This document shows positions 51,226 to 62,432 of a DNA stretch of 64,000 nt, one piece after another. How positions within the stretch are numbered: the stretch's first letter is position 1; each line of letters starts with the position of its first letter. The position numbers and the translations under genes are program-made. The notes under the pieces are model-generated. The model had not been told where the DNA came from and did not search any database. It worked only from the letters and a program-made list of their open reading frames with translations. Source of the DNA: Psammoneis japonica (lineage: Eukaryota); contig QPGO01000051.1 of assembly GCA_008632985.1 (NCBI GenBank), forward strand, positions 186,001-250,000. The letters run 5' to 3'.

Positions 51226-53078
51226 CACAGGAAACGAGAATCCACGGAATCACACGGAATGTGCACTTTTTCTCCTCATTCCGTTTGTTTGTTCCGTAAA
51301 AAATGAGGCCTTTTTTCGTGCTCCGTTTTGGACTTTTCCAAGGAATGTGCCCTCATGTTCCAGATGGAAGTGTCAGCAATCGGAGTGCGATGGTCACATT
51401 CCGCTCCGATCACCAAGACAAGTGCACTCCGTTTTCGTGCGGAGTGTGAACTTGAAACTGGAACAACCGCTTCATTCCGTGCACAGACTGAGGCCAACGG
51501 ATTTTGTTTTCAACAATGTGCCATTTGTTGGCACAGAGCATGTGTTGAGGCAAAAAATTGCAACGAACATTGTCCACATTGGCCGGTGTCACTGCTCTGT
51601 TGTTCAATGCTCTCTGTTCGTCCCTCTGTGATGATTCAAGCAACCAGTGTCAAGAATGACGGTGAGATGTTTGATGCTGCAATGCTGCAAGACCGCACAT
51701 TGTCGTCATGGCATGCACTGCATGTTGTTGTCGTCTTTGATCGTGGAAAATGTTGTGCAGGATGTTCACATCTTTGTTTTTATTTTAACTCGTTGTGCAG
51801 CAAAGAAGACAGCACAACAATGATGGCTCAAATGTTCAATTGACATTGGAGTGAGAACCCCAAAAGGATTGTGCATTTTGTCATTGTTTTGACATTGCAA
51901 CATGTCATTGACAAATTAAGGACTTTTAAAATGAACAACTCAAATCACACATTTGAAGTGATTGCATCAAAAACAAAGAAGAAAACATTTGATGACCATG
52001 TGCTGATGTGTTTGACAGCACGTGGAAAGATGTCGTTGAATTCTACGTGACTTTGATTGCTCTGCAGAAGGTGCGATGATTTGCACCAGAGGAGAGGATT
52101 CGCGTCGCAGCCACATCTTCTTGCACTTCTTCTCGTTTGCTCTCATAAAAAAACGCAACACAGCCAGCGGCAGAGCGCATCTGAAGCAACAACGGCAAAC
52201 AATGGGAAGAACAACAGGATGAGTGAGTGGTGTGATTTGTGACAATTGCAGCACACACGATGGCAAGCCATGACGTGATTGTGCAGCACTTCAAAGGTCG
52301 CTTGCACTCACATTTTCTTCTCTCTTTTTGTGGTTGGGGTTTGTTTCTGTTTCCAGAGTCCAGAGGGCTCTGGTTCCAAGTTTGGCAAAAGAGACGTCTG
52401 GACAGCTGCACCCATCAACGGCCCGCAAGTGCAAGCTTCGTTTTGCTTTTTCTGTCACACTGAACGCGTTGCTCACTTTTGGCTTTGTCACATGTTGCTC
52501 ATGTTTAGGAAAGGTTGAAGTGCCCCTTGTCATCCATTGGGCACCCAAGACAATCAAAAGAAGAAATGCATTGTTCTGAAATTCGGCTGAGTGGTGCAGC
52601 AAAGCGATCGGTCGTGCAAATGCAGGCAGAGCACCAGCGTGGGCGGAGCAGGAGTTCTTGCTGTGCAATGGAAATGCAGCAGCACAATGATCCTATTTTA
52701 GAATTTCACTTGATTCCGCAACGTATTCCGCATCACAAGCTCTAGAGACAACATGCCACATTCCAGCCACAACACGGAAAGTGAAGCCATTGCATTCCGT
52801 GTCATTGGTTGAGCGAAAGGAATCCACAAACGGAATGTGGCAAAAGGAACAGCAAATGGAATTTAAAATAAATGGCCTCTTTCTAACAAACGAAATGGTG
52901 AAACGTAATATGCAAATTGCGTCTTGGGTACGGAATGAGTACACACGTCGGAATGTGATGCGGATTTTGATGAGGCTTTTTTCGTTTTGCACCCTGTCAT
53001 TCACATTCCGTTTTGAGGCTTTTCGCGACGGAGTCGCGCACACATTCCGTGCGATTCCGTGGATTCTCGTTTCCTGTG
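51226..53078. mobile_element. Non-autonomous TIR DNA transposon of about 1.85 kb with 38-bp inverted repeats and dispersed CATTCCG subterminal motifs
   Basis: 51226-51263 cacaggaaacgagaatccacggaatcacacggaatgtg versus the reverse complement of 53041-53078, one mismatch (CG vs CA). Confidence 0.8.
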
Positions 53079-53244
53079 TGTGGCCCCGCATTGCGGTGCC
53101 GCAAACATGCCGATCTGCGTCTTCAAGCTGTTGGAGATAAAATGGGCAGAACTCAAGAGTTTATCATTGTCTACGCATAAATATGTCTGATTCTGGGTCA
53201 CAATTAGATCGCTTAACTTTGGAAGAAACGGGTTGCAGCGCTCC

Positions 53245-54058
53245 ATGAACTTCCGCTGTTCCTGCCGCCCCAGTTTCTGACTAGCGTTATTCTTCCACGG
53301 GTGTTGGGTACATTTTGTGTGTTGGCGTTTTTGTTTGCTTTGGTATTGCAGATTCTAGCTCGAAATGATCGGTATTCTCTCAGAGAAGTCTACAAGATTA
53401 GTTATCAGTTTGTCAACGGCTGCGTCAATCTGACACTGGGAATTTTGGGGGTTTTCTTTTGCTTCACTCGAGTAACGCTGCCCAGTCAGACGGAAACGCT
53501 GGAGGAGAGAATTATAAGTCCGATATCACAAGAAAGTTCTGATCCCAATGACTCATTCATATACTGGTTGTCTTGTATTCAACTTGGTTATCAGCTATGG
53601 GCCTTGCCTGTTGGGCATTATTGGGTTCGAGAATCCACCGCCATGCTTTTTCATCATGTCGCCGTCATTTTCGTGGCGTGCCTCTCTGCTCTTTTCACCA
53701 ATGGCTTTGTCTTTCACAATCCATATTTCTTTGGGCTATTTGAACTCAGCAGTGTCCCATTATCAGTCATCAATTATTGCAAGGACCGCGCAAAACAGAC
53801 ACGGCGACATATCAAGTTGCTCGAGTGATTTTTGCCATTCTCTTCTTGTCCATTCGGATATACATGATGGTTCCACGCAAAATCGATTTTCTGACATTGT
53901 GCTGGAATTCAGCCCAGACTGCACCCAATCCCTTTCTTCGTGTATACTTGACATGCTGCTGTTGCGCTTCGTTCTTTTTGGCAAACTTGCAGGTCTTCTG
54001 GGCAACGCTCATCCTCAAAGGTATCTACAACATGATCAGACCCAAGAAGAGCATATGA
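53245..54058 (+). CDS. TLC-domain (TRAM/LAG1/CLN8) membrane protein; frameshift near 53790; start uncertain
   Basis: QLGYQLW, MLFHHVAV, FFGLFELSSVPL, VIFAILFLSIR, LQVFWATLILK. Confidence 0.8.
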
Positions 54059-54234
54059 AGCGACTTTAAAAGCTGATGTGCATTTGATGTTAATATATTG
54101 ACTTTTACAAAAGGTGTTCAGTTCTTATGGACTGCTCATAGACTACATACTTGAAGCGAGCTGCGCTTCCTCTTCTACAGACGACTATTTCTTGTTCATG
54201 ATCCCATCGCCGACTCTTTATTTCTGTTTCTCGA

Positions 54235-54900
54235 CTAAATCAATTCTCGACTAAAGTCTTGACTACTCCCAATATTCTCATCACGCACTACTCGAAAACC
54301 ATTCTTCTTGAGTGCTTCCACATATGTATCCTTATGTGTGTTCTTGAAAACACTCTTGTCAAACCCACTGGCCACCTCGAAAGAAGTCATACTAGCCATG
54401 CTACCATTGGGCTTCATGACACGGCTCAATTCTTGTAACGTATCATCTACATTGTCCCAAAAATACACCACGTTGGCATGGAAAATGAAATCAATCGAGT
54501 TGCTCTGGATGTGAGGCATGCTGTGACCGTACCCTTCGACGAGATTGATTTTCGTGCGCTACCATTGTTATTGCAGTTCTGTAAATTTTCAAGACATTGG
54601 GTTTTCATCGCGGGGGAAGGATCACGCCTTCAAAACTTCAAAGGTATTTGGATACGTTTTCAGCACACACATCATGCCATTGCCTGGGCCAAAGCCAAGT
54701 TCCAGAAACTTGGAATGGGGCGGTAAGCCCGAGATTTCCTTGTTAGCAAATTCGTCAAAATATCCTCAATGATAGGCCCATTCGACTTCATGAATAGCCT
54801 ATCACTGATGAAACGTCCAACGATCCCGAACTGGGCAATGCCAGATTTCGTTGAAACGCAGGAAGACGCAAAAGATTCGAGATGATAAACCTTTGCAACG
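54235..54900 (-). CDS. Class I SAM-dependent methyltransferase (type 11-like); frameshifted; 5' end uncertain
   Basis: Minus-strand FLELGFGPGNG near 54710-54680 (motif I) and SIDFIFHANVVYFW...LQELSRVMKPNG. Confidence 0.7.
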
Positions 54901-55676
54901 ACTTTAGAAAACTCAACATCTTTTTCTAGAGGTATCTTGATAGAACAGAAAATGAAATAGTGAACGATAGGGCTGCAGAATAGTTCTCTTCAAAGCTTAC
55001 GTAATGTTCGGCAACTTGTAGTGGAGAGTTCACGCAAGATCCAAAAAAGGTAACCGCAATATTTATCCGGCGCCGGCGCTCAGGCAGGATTTGCCGCCAC
55101 TGTGACGTCATCATAGCCAACGAACTTCCCGCCCTCGCCCTCAACTTTCTCGTTGATCCGGTCTATGATACGGTACAGGTACTCTAGCTAGCGTATGCTA
55201 AGAGTAGCTAGCACTAGCTAGCTGGCTACTACTCGAAGCCTACATAGTAGCTGGAGCCTACCATACTCAACCCTCTCTGGAGTAGAAAGAGTAATACTAT
55301 TAGCCTCTAGTGACTCAGAGAGTAGAGTACGACCAGAACTAGAATAAAAACATTTGCACAGCCCAGCTAGTCGTACTACAATACCAAACTGATTGGAGGA
55401 AACCGGGAAAGAGTGGTCACAAAACTCCAAAACAACTCCAGTTGGGATAGCAGGAAGCAAAAATGTTCTTACACACCCTGGTAGGTAGCCTGTCAAGGTA
55501 GTTTCAGTGCGTCAGAGGGATTCTTCAATATGTCTCTTCATCATTGCTGGAGGAGTGAGGTCGATGATAGGTCTACACACTATTCTTTGCTTTGTAGAGC
55601 GGACGTGACTACCGCGGGGGGAGGGGGCACTGGGGAGCTGATATGACCTACAAGTGGTGCGAGGAAGAAGTAGCTT

Positions 55677-57812
55677 TTACTTCAATCTGCTATCTGTTTG
55701 CACATTATAATTCTTTCTTCCAAGATCTTCCAGCGTTGGTAGATTGTACGATTGTGGAATATTTCGACTCCAGGACGCCGGCAAGGCCTTGTGCTTGTGG
55801 ATTGATGGAGGAAACAACTCGTGTGTCATTTTTGCGCTTTCTTTGACGGTCCAACCACTTTCGTACACATTCCCGTTTGCCAATGTCCGAACAAAGACAT
55901 TGCTCAATAGACCGTCTTGACAGCAGTCCTGTGCCAATTGCTTGATAAATGTATTTCTCGCGTCTGTGTACGCACTGCTCGACAAAGTATCCAAGCCCAA
56001 CTGTAGCAGCAATGCATACGAGCCGTGTGTTACGTTGTGCCTTGATGCGCGGTATTTGTCAAATGCATCGATCGCCAAATCTAGCAAATCTAGATTGGGT
56101 TGAACTGCTTTTCGTTGGGACGCCACTGCAGTCTTGATAATCCCGTGAAACATTTCCGGAGTAGTAGTCACCGACCCCAGTCCATCGTCTTGATTCGTCT
56201 GCTGTGATTTTTCCAGTTCAATCAAATGGTCCAGCCACTTCATTGAGTGTCGACATGCCTCACTCGTCTTGTCTCCCCGTCCTTTTCGTTGCCACGAGAA
56301 AATGACATGAGAAAAGGATTCAGTATTTGGCCTCGGTGGAGAGACTCCATGCTGAACCTCGTCGTCTCTTGGTTCAAGCATTTCTTGTAGCACTGCTTCT
56401 GCCTCGGAGGGATTACCAGAGTTACCCCAAGCTTGAATGACGGCGTTGTAGGTGCTTACTCTCGGCAACAGAGAAGTATCCTCTTGGGAGCCTGCTTCGT
56501 GCTGGAGCTCTTGATGGCGCCGCCACAAATGATCCAGCCAGAAACTGGCGCGGCTCCCAGCATTCGATCTGAACGACTTGGCCCAAGCCAGAATCACTTT
56601 TGTGTAGGAAGTGTTGTCAGGTGGCGCTGAATGGACTAGCTTTGTCTCCATTTGACGCAAAATCTTTTCGGCTTCAAGAGGCGGCGATAGTTCTCCGTCA
56701 TTGTTTCGTGGCGACGATATACGTGTCCATGCCGAAATGTAGGTATTATAAACCACTGTGTTGGGTTTTACATTCGGAACGCCCGCATCGTGCAACTGTT
56801 GGATATACTTCAACAAAGCCTCCACTTGTCGCACTTCGTAAATGCCGTTCAAGTGACTCAGGTCGTTGTTCTCTTCCTCATCATTCTTTTGTTTCGGATG
56901 CTGGTCATGTCTTCTAGCCTTAATCCCTGCCAAGTTAGCCCAAGCATCCATTGCCATGCTGTAAGAAATGGTGTTTGGATGAACCGATGAGTCCAAAGTA
57001 CTATCGAGGTTGCTGTCTCTGGATAGCTTTTCCATCTCTCGTAGCAAATCCATAACATTATGAGTTGCTTGCTCTGTCCGACACCTTGTCCATGCTCGAA
57101 TGACGTAATTGAACGTTTCAGTGTTGATTTGAACGCCCTTTTCTTGCATGGAGCGCAAGATAGCTTCTGCCTTTTCTGCCTGTGATTCCAAAAGTTGGCG
57201 CTCCCTCGATCTTCCTTTGGAAAACGCGTGCAGCAAGCCATGAAACGAAGTCAAATCAGCCTTCAGAAACTCTTGCTTGGAAAGTTGATCAAACCATAAC
57301 TCTGCTCGAGTACTACAAAGTAACGGATTCTCCCTATTGTTGTGGGCCCAAGTCCAAATGATGGCGTTAAAGCATTTCAACAATAACTCTTGTTGTGCGT
57401 CGTCGAGGTTATTATCGTTTCGTATTTGTTCCAAGAGGTGGTTCATCCACTTTTCAGCTCGTTGCGGTACACCGCCTGTGTTCTTTTCGTTTGACAGCGT
57501 CTCTAGCACCGCGCAGTAAGTTTCGAGTGGAGCGAACCCATCCTTTTCAACCAATGTTTCCAAATGCGATTCGATATTTTCTGTCGTATCAGCGGGTTGA
57601 AATGCAAATAGGGAAGAAACATGGCGGCTTTGAATCAGGTAAGTTCTGTTATCTGTTCTCAGTGATGGGTACTTGATCCATGCCTTCTTTTTGAAGTGTG
57701 CATTTCTCGAATCATCCACAAGCCTCACGGCGGTAATACCTGCACAACAACGAGAAAACGGGGGCACAAAACGCAAAGCCCTCGAGTGCACGTTTATTGT
57801 TCTCCTCATCAT
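55677..57812 (-). CDS. Pentatricopeptide-repeat protein, probably mitochondrial
   Basis: Diatom-style PPR units: NTETFNYVIRAW, PNTISYSMAMDAW, PNTVVYNTYISAW, PDNTSYTKVILAW, PRVSTYNAVIQAW, PNTESFSHVIFSW; Arg-rich presequence. Confidence 0.9.
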   Translation of the reverse strand: MMRRTINVHSRALRFVPPFSRCCAGITAVRLVDDSRNAHFKKKAWIKYPSLRTDNRTYLIQSRHVSSLFAFQPADTTENIESHLETLVEKDGFAPLETYCAVLETLSNEKNTGGVPQRAEKWMNHLLEQIRNDNNLDDAQQELLLKCFNAIIWTWAHNNRENPLLCSTRAELWFDQLSKQEFLKADLTSFHGLLHAFSKGRSRERQLLESQAEKAEAILRSMQEKGVQINTETFNYVIRAWTRCRTEQATHNVMDLLREMEKLSRDSNLDSTLDSSVHPNTISYSMAMDAWANLAGIKARRHDQHPKQKNDEEENNDLSHLNGIYEVRQVEALLKYIQQLHDAGVPNVKPNTVVYNTYISAWTRISSPRNNDGELSPPLEAEKILRQMETKLVHSAPPDNTSYTKVILAWAKSFRSNAGSRASFWLDHLWRRHQELQHEAGSQEDTSLLPRVSTYNAVIQAWGNSGNPSEAEAVLQEMLEPRDDEVQHGVSPPRPNTESFSHVIFSWQRKGRGDKTSEACRHSMKWLDHLIELEKSQQTNQDDGLGSVTTTPEMFHGIIKTAVASQRKAVQPNLDLLDLAIDAFDKYRASRHNVTHGSYALLLQLGLDTLSSSAYTDARNTFIKQLAQDCCQDGLLSNVFVRTLANGNVYESGWTVKESAKMTHELFPPSIHKHKALPASWSRNIPQSYNLPTLEDLGRKNYNVQTDSRLK

Positions 57813-58313
57813 CTTGTGCGTAACACCATTTTTTGTAGGTAAAGTTTAACGGGACTGCGGGGCTCTGAAGATGAGATGTGATGCAACATGCAACAACCGA
57901 TGAGGTGCGAGGTGCGAGAGGTGATGCACGTTGTGTGATGTGCCGCTTTTTTTTGCCGTTTTAGATAGAAAAACGACATAAAGCAAAAACGTTTTCGGTT
58001 TTCGCATTTCTTACACTGAATTTTGAAATTTTATTAAACTTATTCAAAGTTTAGAATAGCATTGTGGGTTGAGAATTCCGTTGAAGTATTTGACAATGTA
58101 AGTCTCTGAATAAGTCATAGTTCTGCTATCGCTTAAATTACCGGAAGGCGTTTCAAAATACCCAACGTCCATCTATCAAGTACTCCTACGGTACTACCGG
58201 TACCGGTATGATAGTTGGATGGCTGGAATGGGTCACTGCAAACTGCTCACGATCTCCTAACTTGTACCGTATAGAAAATAACAACAGAACAACGACAACT
58301 ACTAGCAGCTATC

Positions 58314-59901
58314 ATGATATCATCCCGATGGGTTGTGGTTTTGATTGGGCTTGTCGTCCTTGGAGTCACGCAATTGATTCTGTTGTTCTCGGCGACCGCA
58401 CAGCGCACTTTTAACCCGGACGCGGAAACAAGAGCATTGTCTGCTGAGTTTGAGTACTCGCACGCTTACTCATCCACCGCAACTAGGTCACATAATAAAA
58501 GAGTGAACGCAGGATCTCTTCCTATTGATGACAAAAACTGGCAATTTGAACCAGCCGAAAGCAAGGCAATTCGTAAATGGGGATGCGATCGCACCGAAAC
58601 ACCGTTTGTTTTTGTTCACATTGGAAAGGCCGGTGGAGGGAGTGTGAGGGGAAGACTAGCGGCAAGTAGTCACAACTACACAAGAGAAAGGCCCATGCAT
58701 CCAGATATGGCTTACTATCCAGTTCTGGAGGAAGGCACGCACGGGAATGGAACAACCACTATTCGAGCACGTTTTTGTAATAGTTGTTTTAATCATCGTC
58801 GACCGGTCGTAGAAAAGGCATACGAAGGTACACTACTCTGCCAGGCTTCCACTCCAATTGGACAAGCAATTGGTTGTCCGGAAATAGTCTCAAGGTATCA
58901 ACAAGGACTTGAACAGTATCCGGATGCATGTGGTCTGGATAACGATCGTTGTGATCTGGTGTACCTCGGCCACAACTTGTTTGGTGCTGAAATGCATTGG
59001 CTTCCGGGACCGTACCTTGCAAAGTGGTGGTCTGCTCGGTGGGGAAACAACAACACCGTGACTTCACTCTGGAAACGTCTAGACGAGAACAAAACATGGT
59101 GTCCCCTTCACGACATGGAGAGACCGCAATCCTCACGCGGCTACAAGATGAACTATGACAAGTGCTCTGTCCCAATACAGAATCACGTTGATGTACAGGC
59201 AACTCTGTCGCTTTCCCCTTTCCTTGCTGGAGCTCAAGGCCTAGAGATTAAATCATGGTCGCCCATCTATGCATCCATGCCCGTTCTTCGGGCAGTCTTG
59301 GTTCGAGATCCCTTTGCCTGGCTCTTGTCGAAATACATGTGGCACCGCAAAGTGAGAGACACTGAAAACCCCCCCGCCAAAATGTGACGATATCGAAACA
59401 GCGGTGCAGCGCGGCATCAAGATTTCCCCCAAAGAGAATAGTATGGATGTTGTTAAACCAGGGTGGCTTCATCGCATGTCGCTCGGGTACATAATGTATC
59501 TGTGCGGAGAAGACTGCATTGTACGACATGCTTCTGGAACAGCTACTTTGGAAGATTTGGAACGACAAGCAGAGGGTAATTTGCGTCAGGGTTTTGCAGT
59601 GGTGGGACTGCTCGAGGATGGCGATCAAGTCTTTTACGACATGATTTCAGCTCGTGTACAATACATTGACACGTCGCTCAACTCCCATGTTAAGGGAGAA
59701 CATCACTCTACCCAGAAAGCCAAGGAAGTGTCAGCGTGCCGTCAGTTGTATGAAGATCCATCGTTTCAACAGAAATTGATGGAGGCGTCACCAGAGTTAG
59801 CGGTCCTCGACCGATTGTATAAAGTTGCAAAGGAAGTCAACAGATTCCAACGAAAAGAGTTAGAGGGGTGTTCTAAAAAGTCGTTCATTTCGAAAAATTG
59901 A
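58314..59901 (+). CDS. Golgi-type (type II membrane) sulfotransferase-like protein; frameshift at the C7 run near 59370
   Basis: N-terminal TM anchor, 5'-PSB-like FVFVHIGKAGGGSV, 3'-PB-like VLVRDPFAWLLSKY, C-terminal NLRQGFAVVGLLE and LDRLYKVA. Confidence 0.8.
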
Positions 59902-60270
59902 AACACGGAAGCACAAAAAGTGGCAATTTGGGACTAAACCCTAAAGTCGATAAATTGTTGGTAGGTTTGAAGGACAGGTGTTACTTTCCACACAATGTAG
60001 AATACCGTATTGTAACAGCTCTCGAAGCGTGAAACTGTTGTGGATGTGGTAGCTCACTTTCTTGTGGAGGGAGAGGAATCCCTTGACACGGCCAGACAGC
60101 ACCAGCACGTCGAAACCATCATCGACAACGTCGTTTCCAACTCCTCCACAACCCTGTTGGACTGCACGCAGAACACACAGAAGATGCCGCATCCAATGAC
60201 ATCAACAGGTGCCCATTCTGTTTCAAAGTGGACACCAGCAGCGTTGAGTGTTTTGCATTGATGCTGCAGC

Positions 60271-60643
60271 CACCAACCACTCCACATTGAATGATCTGAG
60301 GCTGGTGAAAAAGAGTTCCAAGTTAAATCCACCCCAGGAGTCAAAGGTGTGAATGCTGGTGCTCCAATCAAGATGCATGGAGCTGCCCATCTGCCAGCAA
60401 ATCTGAAGGCAGACAATGGAGAAGTGGGCATGGCATTCACCGCCAATGGAGAAGTGGGCATGGCACTCACCAACCACTCCACATTGAATGATCTGAGGCT
60501 GGTGAAAAAGAGTTCCAAGTTAAATCCACCCCAGGAGTCAAAGGTGTGAATGCTGGTGCTCCAATCAAGATGCATGGAGCTGCCCATCTGCCAGCAAATG
60601 TGAAGGCAGACAATGGAGAAGCGGGCATGGCATTCACCGCCAA
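60271..60643 (+). repeat. Near-perfect tandem duplication (197-bp period) with a nested 30-bp duplication
   Basis: caccaaccactccacattgaatgatctg... starts at 60271 and again at 60468. Confidence 0.92.
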
Positions 60644-62257
60644 AGCCACACATGTGCCATCTGATGTGAGAAGGCAATGTGAAGGCACACAAACATTCAA
60701 CTTGGCAGGTCCAGTCATGATGGTGAGGACTGCCAGCCCAACACCAAAAATCAGACAATGATGAGTGGCAAACACTTGCCATCAGGAGCTCCAATGACCT
60801 GCTCATGTTCTGCGCCATCGTTGCTGAACCCAACTCATTTTGTGATCAAGCCCACAATCATGTCCCCCCGAGCATTGCTTCTTTGAGGTTGGACATTTGT
60901 CTCTCCACCACACATTGTCAACAACTCCTCAAAAGGAATGAACAGAGTCTCCTGGGCAATGCCAACCTGGCATGGAGCCTGGACCCCAAACAAGGGAATT
61001 GCCAGCTGCCCTCACAAGGTGCCTTGCAACAATGAGAGCTTCAATCCTTTGGCGCCAAAGCATGACAAGATGCTTTGTTTGAGCTGGCTGATGACAACAG
61101 CAGCACAGCACTCAACCCCACCAAACTGGATCTCACATCCACACAATGCAAGAAGAAACAGCCACATGTGGCTGCCATCTGCAAGATGCCTGACACACGT
61201 GAGCTTCTCCAAGCAGAAGCTTGTGAGTGGTGCATGCCAGCATTGTGCCCAGACAATTGGCCGACAATGCGCAGCCACCATCCTGCTCTGGATGTGCAGG
61301 GAAAGGCCAGGACTCCAGGACAAAGTGCTCAAGAAGCCTCAAATGAGGGCACAACAACCACAAAGAAGACAAGCTGGTGCTCTGTCCCAGGCAGGATGTC
61401 AGAGCTGATCAAATGGCAAGCCCAGTGTGCCCAGGTTTTCACTTCAACATGCTGAGGCAAACCCACGACACAACAGAGCCATGGCTTCATGGGCCGCTTT
61501 TTGGATTTTGCCAATGTCAACCTGATGGCAAGCATGGTTGTAGCTGCCACCACCACAAAAAAAGCATTTTTTTGTGCAGTGCTGTTCTCAATCACATCTG
61601 AGTGCAGAAAATGGCGTGCTGCAGTGCAGGTGGATTTTCAAAAACTGCGAGTGTGAAGAGGCACAATTGTGCCACAAATTTTGTGATTGGTTTGGGGCGG
61701 TGTCAAAGACAAACATGTTTGCTGCCCAGCACCAAATTGTTGAGCTCACTTGCAAATTTCTGCTGGCCCATGTCACATGGTGTCTCACCCAGTGTCTAAA
61801 AACCCTCAGTTGTGTGGTGTGGATGACCTGCAGAAAAGAAAAAAACATGGAGCAACAACATTTCCAGCTGTCCAGCACATGCCACAGGCTCAGGACCACC
61901 CTCGAACATTCCACACAGCATCTTGACCTTGACAGCTTGCTTCTTGGCAGTGGAGGACAGTGAGGAGATTGCCAAATGTGATGCTGCTGACACAATTGAG
62001 CAGCTGCATGGTGCCGTCAATGCCCGTGAGAACCAGCCGGACAGCAAGATGTTGTGTGAGCATGAGCTTGAATGGCCACAGAAGGGTGGCTCCAGCTGGT
62101 GCTGGTTGCAGTGGAGTCATCACACAAAATTTTTGAATCTTGGGCTGGATGGCCTGTGCAAGCCAAAAAACATGTCATTTTGTGCCTCTCTTTTCCCCTG
62201 TGGTTTTTGGAGACAAGGGTCACCAGCAGAGTGGGTGTTTGTGCACGCTTCAGATTC

Positions 62258-62432
62258 AGAGAGAGAGAGAGAGAGAGAGATGGGTTTCATCTTGCTTTTG
62301 TCCACAGCATGCACTGAGCAGCAGTGCCTTGCTGATGTGATCAAAACAAATGCTGCCATTTTCAGGTGCTTTTGTCCACAGCATGCACTGGGCAGCAGTG
62401 CCCCGCTGATGTGATCAAAACAAATGCTGCCA
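62258..62432 (+). repeat. (GA)n microsatellite followed by a 74-bp-period tandem duplication
   Basis: gcttttgtccacagcatgcactg...gctgatgtgatcaaaacaaatgctgcca at about 62293 and 62367. Confidence 0.85.

Noticed and set aside
2051..59901. Frameshifts in many host genes (FMO, ARM, AKR, GH79, TLC, methyltransferase, sulfotransferase) as programmed frameshifting or mass pseudogenisation
   Set aside because: They are scattered over unrelated genes with intact motifs, and several sit at homopolymers. Sequencing or assembly indels are the simplest explanation; RNA-seq would settle it
59996..60050. TGTAGAAT... as the 5' LTR of the Copia remnant
   Set aside because: No matching second LTR, PBS or TSD could be found near 63500
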